Source of the DNA: a bacterium
GTDB lineage: Bacteria; SAR324; XYD2-FULL-50-16; G965216635
Direction of reading: 5' to 3'
Assembly: GCA_965216635.1 (NCBI GenBank)
Contig: OZ244188.1
Span: 352,001-416,000 of the forward strand
DNA: 64,000 bases
This document shows, piece by piece, positions 35,811 to 46,398 of this stretch (the first letter of the stretch is position 1; each line of letters starts with the position of its first letter). The position numbers were made by a program, and so were the translations under genes. The notes below the pieces were generated by a model, which did no database searches, had not been told where the DNA came from, and was given only the letters and a program-made list of their open reading frames with translations.

Positions 35811-36326
35811 ATGTCTCAATACATAATTTCTTTAGAAGATCTACCAGAGAATGAAATTCAAAGAGTTTTAGATGCTATTTTTTTGCTACGAGGAATCAAG
35901 AAAATAGAAAAAATGGAAGATGATTTTTCTGCAGATTTATCTCACGATTTGAAAACAGAAACTCCCTCTCCAAATTTTGTCTCTCCTCAAGGTATCCCTC
36001 CCCAGTCTCCAAATTTTGTCTCTCCTCAAAATATTTCTCCCCAGTCTTCAAATTTTGTCTCTCCTCAAAATATTTCTCCCCAGAATCAACCATTCACGGC
36101 ACAAGAAAGGGCAGCAAGAGAAAGTTCAGCTCAACAAGATATCTCACCAGAGCAAGCAAACAGTCAGAGAAAAATTATTTCTGAAGCATTAAGGTGGGGA
36201 ATTCATAATAAAAAAATCACAATAGAAGAAATTAGAAATGTATCTCCTCAAGAAACAGTAGTCATAGCACAAAAAATAATAGAAAATATGCCTGATAATG
36301 AGAGAAAAAGACTTTTAGCATATTAA
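35811..36326 (+). CDS. Hypothetical protein with three 13-aa repeats
   Basis: SPNFVSPQNISPQ-like x3 (39-bp period, 35967-36083). Confidence 0.7.
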   Translation: MSQYIISLEDLPENEIQRVLDAIFLLRGIKKIEKMEDDFSADLSHDLKTETPSPNFVSPQGIPPQSPNFVSPQNISPQSSNFVSPQNISPQNQPFTAQERAARESSAQQDISPEQANSQRKIISEALRWGIHNKKITIEEIRNVSPQETVVIAQKIIENMPDNERKRLLAY

Positions 36327-36329
36327 TCA

Positions 36330-37127
36330 ATGAAGTGGAAAATTATTTTTTTTGATTTAGATGGCACATTAGTGGATCATAATTTTTTGTTATCTCCTCG
36401 GATTATATCCGCTGTTAAAAAAATTCAAAAACTAGGACTGCGTATTTCTATTGCTACAGGCCGTAGTCAAGATAGTGCAAAAAAATTCTTAGAGCTGCTC
36501 CAAATCCGAGAAAAAGTGGTGGTGCATAACGGCTCTGTTGTCCTTAACTACGATAAAACATTTAAAATATTAGAGGTGATAGAAAAAGAGTTTATTACCC
36601 ATTTAATTCAATCCCACAAAAAACAAGATTTATCTTTTAAGATTCACTTTGCAGATTCTAGAGTTATCAAATCTAATTTCAAGCGATGGCCAGGAGAAGG
36701 TGAGCATTTTATAGAAGGAGAAGTAGTTCAAAATTTTGAAAATCTAGATTTTTCTGGAGTAGTAAAAATTGTTTTTTTTGAATCTGCTGAAAAAATTCAG
36801 CAGCTCCAAAATAGTTTACTGAGAGACTTTAAAGTAAAATTTCTACGCACTCATTTGAATCACATAGAGATTTTGCATTCCGATATTAGTAAAAGTAGAG
36901 GTATTTTTCATATTGCAAAAGAAGACGGTTTAGATCTATCGGAAATAATAGCTGTAGGAGATCAAGACAATGATTATGAAATGATTAGAGACGCTGGAAT
37001 GGGAATTGTAGTCGGAAAAGAGAGCAAAAAACTAGCCCAAGTGAGTGATTTCAAACTACCAGCCTTATTTGATGGAGGAATGGAGCAACTGCTAAAATTT
37101 TTAGAAACAAAAATGAAAGCAGTCTAA
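36330..37127 (+). CDS. Cof-type HAD hydrolase
   Basis: DLDGTL, ATGRS, HNG, SK, VGDQDNDYEMI. Confidence 0.9.
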   Translation: MKWKIIFFDLDGTLVDHNFLLSPRIISAVKKIQKLGLRISIATGRSQDSAKKFLELLQIREKVVVHNGSVVLNYDKTFKILEVIEKEFITHLIQSHKKQDLSFKIHFADSRVIKSNFKRWPGEGEHFIEGEVVQNFENLDFSGVVKIVFFESAEKIQQLQNSLLRDFKVKFLRTHLNHIEILHSDISKSRGIFHIAKEDGLDLSEIIAVGDQDNDYEMIRDAGMGIVVGKESKKLAQVSDFKLPALFDGGMEQLLKFLETKMKAV

Positions 37128-37134
37128 ACTTGTC

Positions 37135-39603
37135 TCAAAGTTTCTCTTCGGGTAGACTTTCCAATTCTAATAAAGAGCTTTTTTTCAATACATTGGAAAT
37201 TTCTTTTTCTTTATCCTCGCCTGTAATATCACTATCGTTTACTATTTGTGGCATACGCAATAAGACAATTTTTAAAACAGTCCAGATAGTTTCAACGAGG
37301 TGAATTTTCATTCCTTCAAGAATTTTTTCAGGTATTTCTTCTAAGTGTTTTTGGTTTCCAATAGGAACAACCACTTCGCGAATACCACTCCTTTTAGCGG
37401 CTAACAGTTTTTCCTTTAAACCTCCTATTTCTAAAACCCTGCCGTGTAGTGAAATTTCTCCAGTCATTGCAATATTGTGACGGATAGGAATACCAGTTAA
37501 GTTGGAAACTAAAGCAGAAGTTAGAGTGATTCCAGCTGAAGGTCCATCTTTGGGGATGGCTCCTTCTGGAACATGTACATGGATATCCAATCCTTGAAAA
37601 ATATCGGAATAAATTCCTAAATTATTTGCGTTGGTTTTGACAAAACTCAAAGCAGCTTTAGCAGATTCCTGCATTACTTCTCCTAGTTTTCCCGTCAGAT
37701 AGATATTAGCTTTTCCTTTCATACAGGATACTTCTATGTCTAATAAATCTCCACCGTAAACAGTCCAAGCCAATCCAGTAGCTACTCCTACCAAACTTTT
37801 TAGATTCTTTTTACCAAATTGATATTTATCTACTCCTAGAAATTCGCGCACTTTTTTAGAATTGACTACAACCTTATCTTTAATTTGTTTTTCTTCAATG
37901 ATATTTTTTACAATTTTTCTACATATCTTTGCCAAGCATCTTTCCAATTCCCGAATCCCAGCTTCTTTTGTGTATTTTTGGATAATTTCTAAGATAGCAT
38001 TTTTTTCAAAAGACACTTGTTTTTTATTTAGTCCGCTTTCTTTTAATTGTCTCATCAGCAGGTGTTTTTGGAAAATCTGTTTTTTCTCTAGCTCTGTATA
38101 CCCACTTAAATGAATCACTTCCATTCTATCCTGTAAGGGCAATGGAATGTTTTGAATATCGTTTGCAGTGCACAAAAAAAGCACTTCGGATAAATCGTAT
38201 TCTAAATCTAGATAGTGATCCATGAAACTATTGTTTTGTTCAGGGTCTAATACTTCCAATAAAGCAGCAGCAGGATCTCCCATATAATTTGTACTCATTT
38301 TATCTACCTCGTCTAAAAGGATTAAAGGGTTTTTGGTTCCTGTTTTTTTCATTGTTTGAATAATTTTTCCCGGCATAGCTCCTATGTAAGTGCGACGGTG
38401 TCCTCTAATTTCTGCTTCATCTCTGATTCCTCCTAAACTAATACGAGCAAATTTTCTATTGAGAGTCTCAGCTACTGCTTTTGCTAAAGAGCTCTTCCCA
38501 ACTCCCGGTGGACCCACGAGACACAGTAGGGGACCTCTTAATTTACCAACCATTTTAGTGACTGCAACAAATTCTATAATTCTTTCTTTTACCTTCTCTA
38601 AACCATAATGACGAAGATTAAGTATTTTTTCTGCATTCTTTAAGTTGTAAGTATCTTTTGTTTTTGCGTGCCATGGAATTTGAAGTATCCACTCAACATA
38701 GTTTCTGACAATATTAGATTCTGCAGAAAAAGGGTGTATTGAAGCTATTTTTTTCAATTCCTCATCTACCACTTCCTGAACTTTTTTAGGAAGCTGAGCT
38801 TCTTTAATTTTCTTTTTATACTTATCCATTTCATTTTTGTCTTCTTCCCCCAGCTCTTTTTTGATTGCCTTCATTTGCTCGTTCAAATAATGCTCTTTGT
38901 GGTTTTTATTAACTTGGTTTTGCATTCTCTCCTTGATCTTAAAATCAATGTTATGATTTTCTTCTTCTTTTGCTAAACAATCAAAAACAGTCTCCAATCT
39001 TTTGCGAACATTCAATTCTGCTAGCATTTCTTGTCTTTTCTCAAAATCTATATTTAGGATAGAAATTAAAAAATCACAAAAATGAGAAGGTTGTGTTTTT
39101 AATTTTTCTAAAAGCTCCAAAATTTCTCTAGTTTTTGTTTTTCTACCTAAGTATTGGGGTAAGTGTTGCAAAATACCTCGCCTCAATTCTTTACTCTTAG
39201 CGTCCATTTTTTCTATGGAGTTCAAAATTTTGATTTCTGCTTGAAAAGAGCCTTTTTGGTTTGTAAAATTAGATAATTTTACTCTTTCACTGGCTTCAAA
39301 CAAAACTTTAATATTGCCATTAGGTAGTCTCATCACTTGCAGAATTTTTCCTAAAGTTCCGATCTGATAAATATCTTTTGATGTAGGTTTTTCTATATTG
39401 GATGTCTTTTGGGCTACAACAACCAATAGACTATTGGTGGATAAACTTTTCTCTACGGTCTTCAGTGTAGTTGAGCGTCCTATAAAAAGAGGCATAGTCA
39501 TATCTGGGAAAACAATTATATTTCTCAAAGGAACTACTGGGTAAATAGATTTTTTAGTGCCTAGTAGTTTTTTTATAATCAATCCTTTTTTTCTGTTTTT
39601 CAT
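37135..39603 (-). CDS. lon: Lon protease
   Basis: [36 protein letters not shown]. Confidence 0.97.
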   Translation of the reverse strand: MKNRKKGLIIKKLLGTKKSIYPVVPLRNIIVFPDMTMPLFIGRSTTLKTVEKSLSTNSLLVVVAQKTSNIEKPTSKDIYQIGTLGKILQVMRLPNGNIKVLFEASERVKLSNFTNQKGSFQAEIKILNSIEKMDAKSKELRRGILQHLPQYLGRKTKTREILELLEKLKTQPSHFCDFLISILNIDFEKRQEMLAELNVRKRLETVFDCLAKEEENHNIDFKIKERMQNQVNKNHKEHYLNEQMKAIKKELGEEDKNEMDKYKKKIKEAQLPKKVQEVVDEELKKIASIHPFSAESNIVRNYVEWILQIPWHAKTKDTYNLKNAEKILNLRHYGLEKVKERIIEFVAVTKMVGKLRGPLLCLVGPPGVGKSSLAKAVAETLNRKFARISLGGIRDEAEIRGHRRTYIGAMPGKIIQTMKKTGTKNPLILLDEVDKMSTNYMGDPAAALLEVLDPEQNNSFMDHYLDLEYDLSEVLFLCTANDIQNIPLPLQDRMEVIHLSGYTELEKKQIFQKHLLMRQLKESGLNKKQVSFEKNAILEIIQKYTKEAGIRELERCLAKICRKIVKNIIEEKQIKDKVVVNSKKVREFLGVDKYQFGKKNLKSLVGVATGLAWTVYGGDLLDIEVSCMKGKANIYLTGKLGEVMQESAKAALSFVKTNANNLGIYSDIFQGLDIHVHVPEGAIPKDGPSAGITLTSALVSNLTGIPIRHNIAMTGEISLHGRVLEIGGLKEKLLAAKRSGIREVVVPIGNQKHLEEIPEKILEGMKIHLVETIWTVLKIVLLRMPQIVNDSDITGEDKEKEISNVLKKSSLLELESLPEEKL

Positions 39604-39634
39604 AGTTTATTTTAGTAGGTTAGTTGTTTGTAAT

Positions 39635-39790
39635 AGGACTATTGAATTAGACATTCTAGTTCGGCTATACGCTGTTTTAAAAAAATTTTTAACTCTTGCC
39701 ATTTTGTGAAAAAATGCTTATGTATAACAGCGAGCTAAATTTTTTTTTTGTCTTGTCTAGCCTTACTATAATGCCTAATTCAATAGTCTT
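39635..39790. mobile_element. Palindromic MITE-like element, 156 bp
   Basis: aggactattgaattagacatt ... aatgcctaattcaatagtctt; flanks GTAAT/ATAAT. Confidence 0.85.
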
Positions 39791-39826
39791 ATAATAAGTA
39801 TAAGCGAAAAATAGGAAAAAGTCTAA

Positions 39827-39901
39827 TAAAAAAACTTGAAATTTCAGATAATAGGCTATAGATTAAAAAAACTTGAAATTTCAGATAGTAGGCTATAGAG
39901 T
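39827..39901 (+). promoter_or_regulatory. 37-bp tandem duplication carrying two copies of the tRNA-Leu promoter
   Basis: TTGAAA-17-TAGATT and TTGAAA-17-TAGAGT at period 37. Confidence 0.6.
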
Positions 39902-39909
39902 AAAGAAAT

Positions 39910-39996
39910 GCCCGAGTGGCGGAATTTGGTAGACGCACAAGACTTAAAATCTTGCGTCCATTTATGGATGTGCCAGTTCAAGTCTGGCCTCGGGCA
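39910..39996 (+). tRNA. tRNA-Leu (TAA)
   Basis: gcccgag/ctcgggc acceptor, caaga ctTAAaa tcttg anticodon arm, long variable arm; CCA not encoded. Confidence 0.95.
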
Positions 39997-40036
39997 TTTC
40001 TTTTGTGAGTAGTCGTTATTTGTATTTTCTTCTACA

Positions 40037-40127
40037 TAGCTTTGAATTAGCGTTCTGTTTAGCCAAAGCAATCGCTAATTTTTTTCAACGTTGCATAGGC
40101 TAAACAGAATGCAAATTCAAAAGTCTA
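40037..40127. mobile_element. Short MITE-like element with degenerate left end
   Basis: ctttgaattagcgttctgtttagcc ... ggctaaacagaatgcaaattcaaaagtcta. Confidence 0.75.
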
Positions 40128-40306
40128 TATTATGAACCTAATATCATAATGGGTCTTATAATTATTTTAATTTCACTTTGGATGTTGCTTTATATTACTG
40201 TTTTTGATAAAGATTAAATTTATGGGAATTTCACCCTTAAAGACCCCTTAAAAACTAAGTTAAGTCTTGTAAAAAATTTTTTCTAATTAATTTTCAGATA
40301 ACAGAG

Positions 40307-41269
40307 CTAAGTAATAAATTCGCCACTAAAAACCTCTACAGGTTCTCCAGTTAGTAGGACATTGCTTTGTTCTTGTTTCCGATCTTCTTGTTGCTGTTTT
40401 TCTTGTTTCCATTCTATTTGTAAATCGCCTCCAAGCAGATGAATGAGTATTTTATTTTCTGTTTTTTTGCTTAAAAAACCAGCTACACAAACCGCACAGG
40501 CTCCGCTTCCGCAAGCCCAAGTTTCACCGCTGCCTCTTTCCCACGTTCTTTGCCTGACTTCTTTGGAATTTATTTTTTGAACGAATTCTATATTTATTCC
40601 TTGAGGAAATAAAGCATTTCTTTCTATCTCAGCTCCCCAATCTTTGAGTGGTATTTTATCAATATCTTCGCAAAAAATAACTAGATGCGGATTATTGAAA
40701 GATACAAGTGTGCCTTTAAAGTGCTGCATTTTAGATTTTATTGCCAAAGATTCTTTAAAAAAATGGGAAAAATCGTGTTCTATCCAAGTCCGTTGCTTTT
40801 TTATCTGTCGTTTTTTGAGTAGCCCTGGATTAACAAAGTCTTTCATTTCTAAATCGGGAGCCCCGATCTGCACGGTGACCTTTTTTATTTTTTGCACTTT
40901 ATCAAACCATAGTTTTACGGGGTAGCTAGAATTTCCTAATTCTATAGAAAATTCTGATTTTTTTTCTATGCCTCTTTCATAAAGAAGTTTAGCAACAGAG
41001 CAGATTGCATTACCGCACATAGCAGATTCGCTACCGTCTGCATTAAACATTCTCATTTTGATTTTTGTCTGGTTTCCTTTGGCGAGTAATACTAAACCAT
41101 CGCTGCCTACACCGTATTTTGGATGACTGATTTTGACAGCAAGCTGGGCTAAATATTTGGGGGATAAGTATTCGGAGGTTAAAGTATTTTTTGCGTATAA
41201 TGGATCAGTAAATAAATATACATAATGATTTCCAGCACTGTGTATTTTAGTAAATTTTATTTTACTCAT
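40307..41269 (-). CDS. dapF: Diaminopimelate epimerase
   Basis: NADGSESAMCGN, NPH, NIEF, WERGSGETWACGSG. Confidence 0.9.
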   Translation of the reverse strand: MSKIKFTKIHSAGNHYVYLFTDPLYAKNTLTSEYLSPKYLAQLAVKISHPKYGVGSDGLVLLAKGNQTKIKMRMFNADGSESAMCGNAICSVAKLLYERGIEKKSEFSIELGNSSYPVKLWFDKVQKIKKVTVQIGAPDLEMKDFVNPGLLKKRQIKKQRTWIEHDFSHFFKESLAIKSKMQHFKGTLVSFNNPHLVIFCEDIDKIPLKDWGAEIERNALFPQGINIEFVQKINSKEVRQRTWERGSGETWACGSGACAVCVAGFLSKKTENKILIHLLGGDLQIEWKQEKQQQEDRKQEQSNVLLTGEPVEVFSGEFIT

Positions 41270-41296
41270 TTTTTTTATTTATTTTCTTAATTAGAT

Positions 41297-41314
41297 GAGA
41301 CCTTTGAATTAGGC
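41297..41314. mobile_element. Isolated MITE left end overlapping the aat stop codon
   Basis: gagacctttgaattaggc identical to the end of 12625-12766. Confidence 0.65.
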
Positions 41315-42007
41315 TATTGTTTCTGCAATTAAATTCTGATTAGCATAAACAGACCAGTTTTTTCTATCGTCAGGATATTCTAGAGCTTTACGAAGATCCT
41401 TTTGAAAATTCTTTTTAGAAATCAGTTTTGCTCCAAGGGATTCCATGTGTGAGGTATAAACTTGGCAGTCAATCCAGTGATATTTTTGTTTTTTAAGTAA
41501 CAAAGAGAGAAAAATAAAAGCTATTTTTGAACTATTCTCTAAACTAAACATAGACTCTCCGCAGAAAATTTTTCCTATTGCTAAACCATAAAGTCCACTC
41601 ACCAATTTCCCTGCTTGGTGAATTTCTACCGAGTGGGCGTATCCCATTTGGTGCAGTTTATTATAGGCTTTTTTCATACCCGCTGTAATCCAGCTACCGG
41701 TTTGATTTTTTCTATTCACAGTGGTGCAGTATTGAATAACATCAGAAAAGTTTTCATCTATTTTCACAGAGTAGTTTTCTTTTTTTAGTGTCCGTAAAAG
41801 ACTTGCAGAAATTTTTACATTCTCTGGACGGACTACCATTCTTTTGTTGGGAGCCCACCACAGAACACAATTATCATCTTCAAACCAAGGAAAAATTCCA
41901 GATCTATAGGCTTGCAAAATTCTACGAGGAGATAAACTGCCTCCCACAGCAACAATTTCGGTTTTTATTTTTTCCACATCTGGAAAGATAAAATCTTTTT
42001 GTTCCAT
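41309..42007 (-). CDS. aat: Leucyl/phenylalanyl-tRNA--protein transferase
   Basis: AYRSGIFPWF, HSVE, GLYG, FCGESMFS, IDCQ. Confidence 0.93.
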   Translation of the reverse strand: MEQKDFIFPDVEKIKTEIVAVGGSLSPRRILQAYRSGIFPWFEDDNCVLWWAPNKRMVVRPENVKISASLLRTLKKENYSVKIDENFSDVIQYCTTVNRKNQTGSWITAGMKKAYNKLHQMGYAHSVEIHQAGKLVSGLYGLAIGKIFCGESMFSLENSSKIAFIFLSLLLKKQKYHWIDCQVYTSHMESLGAKLISKKNFQKDLRKALEYPDDRKNWSVYANQNLIAETIA

Positions 42008-42047
42008 ATTTTTAAACTTGAGCTACGAATATAGGCTAAACAGAACT

Positions 42048-43685
42048 CTAATGCTTGTTTTTTTTAATAGAATAACCAATCAAAACTACAGGAATAGCGC
42101 TAATAGCTAAAATAAAAAGAGAGGCAACAGCTGTTTTTTCTATCATTTCATCCGATGCGAATTGATACAAATAGATTGCCAATGTGTCAAAACCTATCGG
42201 TCTTAAAATCAACGTCAACGGCAATTCTCTGACAATTTCTACAAACAAAATTAAAAAAACAGTGACAATCTCTTTATTCAGTATAGGTAAATAAATATTT
42301 TTTAAAATTCTAAAATTGCGGTAGCCTAAATTTCTACCAGAAGCATCTAGGGAAGGAGTGATTCCAGTTAAAGATTCTCCAAAAATAGATTGGGATAAGG
42401 CACAAAATTTTATGGCGTAGGCAAAAATGAGAGTTATCAAACTCCCGCTAAAGACTAAACCTATATTATTCCCAAAAAAACTTCCCCAAAGCAGGTTCAA
42501 CCATTGATCTAGTTGATGGTTAAGCAAAATGAAACCAATAGATAAGACGGTGCCCGGTAAAGCGTAGCTTAAAACTGTGGCAGTAGTTAGACTATCTACT
42601 TTTTTATTTTCTATTTTTTGGGCGTTGTAGGCTAATAGGAAACTTATACAAAGTGTAATAAGAGTAGCCAAAGTAGCTACTTTAAGAGTATTAAGCAGAG
42701 CCACCCAAAAATCTATTTCTAGCAAACTGCTATAATTAGAAAAAGCATAGAATAATAGTATTCCAACAGGAAATAGGAAGCCAAAAAAAACGGGCAAAAA
42801 ACATATACTAACTATAATGTAGTCCAAGTATGGTGGAAATTCTTTTTTCTTTCCAGTGTAAAGATTGTCTGCTTCTATTTTTTTGTTTTTAGGGTTTATT
42901 TTATTTTCCAAAAGTACCACAAAAAGAAAAAAAACCATTAGCATAGAAGAGAGTATAGCCGCACTAGGCAAATTTCCTCTATTCAGCCAGAGATCAAAAA
43001 TTCCCAGACTAAGCGTATAAACCGAAAAATGTTCTACAGCCCCAAAATCGTGTAGACAGTGAATTAGGATTACAATCAAGCCTAAAAAAATACTTTTTTT
43101 TACTATAGGTAAAATTAAGCGGTAAAAATTTTGCCAAAAATTGTATCCCAAAAGTTGCCCCGCCTGTAATAAAACAGCAGATTGTTTTAACATTGCACTA
43201 CGAACAATAAGATACAAGTAAGGATAAAAAGAAAGGGTCAATACAAAAATAGCTCCTCCAATTCCCCTAATCTGTGGAAACCAATAATCCGCTTTGGATT
43301 GCCATCCAAAAAGCTCTCTTAAAAAACTCTGAAAAATCCCAGAGTATTCAAAAAAATCTGTATAGAGGTAAGCTAAAATATAAGGAGGGAATAGAAAGGG
43401 CAACACCAGAGCCCATTCTAGAAATTTTTTGCCCTTAAAATCAAAAAAAACTACAAACAAGGCTTGAGCGATTCCTAGTAAGGCAGAGAAAAAACAAACT
43501 CCTAAACACAAAAAAAGAGTTTGTTTTAGATAGTGCAGAAAAATAGCAAAAGGCAAATTTTGAAATTCCGCTAGGGAAGAAAAGCTGTAAAAAAGAATAC
43601 TTAAACTAGGCAAAGAAAGCAAAAATATCAATAAAATAACAACTAAAATATATTGCCTTTTTTTATGAAAAAACCAGCGTAGCAT
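42048..43685 (-). CDS. Iron(III) ABC transporter permease (FbpB-like)
   Basis: PPYILAYLYTD, YWFP, YALPGTVL, RELPLTLILRP.GFDTLA. Confidence 0.88.
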   Translation of the reverse strand: MLRWFFHKKRQYILVVILLIFLLSLPSLSILFYSFSSLAEFQNLPFAIFLHYLKQTLFLCLGVCFFSALLGIAQALFVVFFDFKGKKFLEWALVLPFLFPPYILAYLYTDFFEYSGIFQSFLRELFGWQSKADYWFPQIRGIGGAIFVLTLSFYPYLYLIVRSAMLKQSAVLLQAGQLLGYNFWQNFYRLILPIVKKSIFLGLIVILIHCLHDFGAVEHFSVYTLSLGIFDLWLNRGNLPSAAILSSMLMVFFLFVVLLENKINPKNKKIEADNLYTGKKKEFPPYLDYIIVSICFLPVFFGFLFPVGILLFYAFSNYSSLLEIDFWVALLNTLKVATLATLITLCISFLLAYNAQKIENKKVDSLTTATVLSYALPGTVLSIGFILLNHQLDQWLNLLWGSFFGNNIGLVFSGSLITLIFAYAIKFCALSQSIFGESLTGITPSLDASGRNLGYRNFRILKNIYLPILNKEIVTVFLILFVEIVRELPLTLILRPIGFDTLAIYLYQFASDEMIEKTAVASLFILAISAIPVVLIGYSIKKNKH

Positions 43686-44350
43686 TATCGTATTACTTTT
43701 AAAGGGTTTATGTTTTCACCATTAACGATCACTTCAAAATGCAAATGCGTGCCTGTAGAACGACCTGTATTTCCCATAATTCCGATTATTTGCTGCTTTT
43801 TAACTATATCTTTTTTTTTAACTAAAATTTGATTTAGGTGGGCATAAATGGTGCGGACATTATTGCGATGCTGAATTTCTATGGATTTACCATAACCTGT
43901 TTTATAGCCTATTTGGATGATTATTCCATCTTCTACAGCAATAATATTTTTTCCTCTGTTTGCCCCAAAATCCACCCCATAGTGAAAGCGAGTGCCTCTT
44001 TTTCCATACCCAGAAGTGATAGAACCAGCAGAGGGGCGAATAAAACTCAGTTTTGTTTTTTGTTTTATTTGCGGCTTTAAAGTTTTCTGAGGGATGACTA
44101 CTAGCCTAAATCCAGCGTATAGATCCTCTGGTTCGTAGATATGATTCCTTCTTCTAACAGCCAAAACAGAATCTCCAAATTTTGCTGCTATTTTTTCTAA
44201 ACTATCCCCCGTTTGCCAAATATAAATTTGTTCTTTAGTTTGGTTAGTCTTAACAGGGTAGTTTGGCAGACAAGATACCACAAAAAAAATCAACCCTACT
44301 GCGACCAACCATCTATAAAACCTGATTATTATAAAAGTTTTATCTATCAT
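43685..44350 (-). CDS. LysM / M23 peptidase lipoprotein
   Basis: GDSLEKIA LysM; HYGVD, YAHL, STGTHLHFE. Confidence 0.9.
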   Translation of the reverse strand: MIDKTFIIIRFYRWLVAVGLIFFVVSCLPNYPVKTNQTKEQIYIWQTGDSLEKIAAKFGDSVLAVRRRNHIYEPEDLYAGFRLVVIPQKTLKPQIKQKTKLSFIRPSAGSITSGYGKRGTRFHYGVDFGANRGKNIIAVEDGIIIQIGYKTGYGKSIEIQHRNNVRTIYAHLNQILVKKKDIVKKQQIIGIMGNTGRSTGTHLHFEVIVNGENINPLKVIR

Positions 44351-44429
44351 AGGAAAAAAATTATGCTAGGCTATATTGATTTTCAAAATAGATGGAAAGT
44401 GGAAATGAACAAATTTGTGGGTAATATTT

Positions 44430-44856
44430 TTACTGCGAGGTATTAGATTTTTCATTGAATAATTCCTTTAGCCAATTTTTACCATTTTTTAAAGAATCTT
44501 TGGCAATTTGTAGATTGTAATTCAATTTAACTTTATCAATAGCCTTGTATAATGGCATATCTGGTCGGTCTTGCCATGTAAAATAGGTGTGCATCACCGC
44601 TTTTTGAAAGTGTTGCGGTTTGAAAGAAGTTAAATTTTGTTTTGTTGCTTGCTGGATACATTTTTCAATAAATTTTTGATTAATTTTATCTGCTAGACCT
44701 AGATAAAATTTTTCTATTCCTCCGCTATCTTTATTGTTAGGCATAATCCATATACCTAATCTTGGCATTCTTGTTTCAGTGCTAGTAAATATTAATTTTT
44801 GTTTAGAAAAATTTTGAGGTAAACGGTAAGGACATTCTTTTATCTTTTTTGTAATA
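44430..44856 (-). pseudogene. C-terminal fragment of a DUF3226-like protein, abutting a MITE
   Basis: LGIWIMPNN..GGIE, KAVMHTYFTWQ, NWLKELF; frame stays open upstream to the MITE boundary. Confidence 0.55.
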
Positions 44857-45128
44857 TAGACCTTTGAATTTCGCTGATGTGACGGCTAGCCAAATGGTTA
44901 GAAAAGTGCGAAAATTTTTTTTAACTCTTGAAATACTTCAGTATTCCTACAAGTTAAAAATTTTTTTCAATGGTGTAGTGCCACAATAATGGTATCAGGG
45001 CACTACAAAACTTGTATAATCCAAAAAAGAAATGTAAAAGAGCCTCTGACTCTTTTACTATAGCCCAGACCCTATTTCAAGCAATAAGCTTGTTTTGGCT
45101 AAACTAGACAAGCAAATTCAAAAGTCTA
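44857..45128. mobile_element. Palindromic MITE-like element, long form, 272 bp
   Basis: tagacctttgaattt ... aaattcaaaagtcta; TSD TAATA on both sides. Confidence 0.9.
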
Positions 45129-45160
45129 TAATACCTGAAATTTTTAGTTTTTTCAACAAC

Positions 45161-45853
45161 TCATCTGTTAATCACATAAATATAAATAACAAAGACTACA
45201 ATAAATAGAGTCAAAATAATTATTCCTACAAAAAAATTAGACTTTTCTTTTTTTTTTACAGCAGGTGTTTGTGCTTCTTTAGAAACAAGTGCTGGAATAT
45301 CTGCTCTATCCAGTTCTTCAACTTTTCTATTGGAGAGAAAAATTTGCTCCCTTAAATTTGCAGGTACTACGCCTTCTTTGTTTGTTACTTTTTCTTTCCA
45401 TTCCGATATCCTTTCTAATGATTCTTTCTCTTCTGGCGGTTTAGGAGCGTTCAGCACATTCCCTACGAGTTTATGAAATTCTTTTTTTTCTTGTTCGTCA
45501 AATGTTTCTTTTTTATCTACTGTCTCCGAATGGAGGTAGCTTGCTGTTTTTTGATTGAGCTTTAGTAGGTTTTCATAATTAGAAAAATAAATTTCAAATT
45601 GATTTTGACAATTAGAACAAACCGCTTTTCTGTAAGGAGCAACAAATTTAGACGAAGGAATAGAATAGTTTTTTTGGCATTGACTACAAGCAGTGTCCAG
45701 CATAATGACAAACTCTTGCTCTTTTTGGGAATAAAAAGGGAAGGGAGTGTTTTCTTGGCATTGGGAACATTTTAAAAATTTTTGATACTTAGGAATTTTA
45801 TGCAGTTTGATTGCATATTTTGTTTTACAGTGGATGCATTCTATGATGTTCAT
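45161..45853 (-). CDS. Double zinc-ribbon (MJ0042-like) protein with C-terminal TM helix
   Basis: Four CxxC pairs (CIHC, CSQC, CSQC, CSNC); hydrophobic C-terminus. Confidence 0.75.
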   Translation of the reverse strand: MNIIECIHCKTKYAIKLHKIPKYQKFLKCSQCQENTPFPFYSQKEQEFVIMLDTACSQCQKNYSIPSSKFVAPYRKAVCSNCQNQFEIYFSNYENLLKLNQKTASYLHSETVDKKETFDEQEKKEFHKLVGNVLNAPKPPEEKESLERISEWKEKVTNKEGVVPANLREQIFLSNRKVEELDRADIPALVSKEAQTPAVKKKEKSNFFVGIIILTLFIVVFVIYIYVINR

Positions 45854-46398
45854 TAGATACCATTAAAATATTTTAAAAATCCATATATTACAATACCACT
45901 CAAAGATACATAAAGCCAAGCATAAAGCGTATAGCTAGAAATTGTTGTGTGCAGTTTAAACTGAGATATAAAAGCGAAGTAAAAGGTCACTAAAACTGCA
46001 GGTAAGGTGATGGCTGCTAGGATCAGGTGACTGATTAAAATAAAAAAATAAATGGGGCGAATAAAACCTTGCCCCAAAAATGCGGTAGAGCCGTGATTGT
46101 AGTGGTAGTAAATATAGCTTACCAGAAACAGAGCCGAGAAAGTGAAAGCAAGCAGCATAAATTTTTTATGGGTTGAAGTAGATTTACGACGAATTGCTCT
46201 CAAGCCACACAGAATACAAAAAGAACTAGAGGTGTTTAAAACAATGTTGAGTAGCACAAAGTAAGATAGCAATCCTGAGCTTGTTGTATTGGATTGTCCG
46301 CTTTCTTTGCCGTAGATAATAAAAAGTAGTCCTACGATGGCTACGGTGCTTAAAAGCAAAATAAAATAAACTCCTCTAAAAAGGGTGTTTTTTTTCAT
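45853..46398 (-). CDS. DUF420 family membrane protein
   Basis: HKKFML, FLVSYIYYH, YFFILISH, WLYVSLSG. Confidence 0.85.
   Translation of the reverse strand: MKKNTLFRGVYFILLLSTVAIVGLLFIIYGKESGQSNTTSSGLLSYFVLLNIVLNTSSSFCILCGLRAIRRKSTSTHKKFMLLAFTFSALFLVSYIYYHYNHGSTAFLGQGFIRPIYFFILISHLILAAITLPAVLVTFYFAFISQFKLHTTISSYTLYAWLYVSLSGIVIYGFLKYFNGI

Noticed and set aside
40307..41269. Inactive DapF (GNHY and CGNAIC deviations)
   Set aside because: Both catalytic cysteines are present; deviations may be lineage drift
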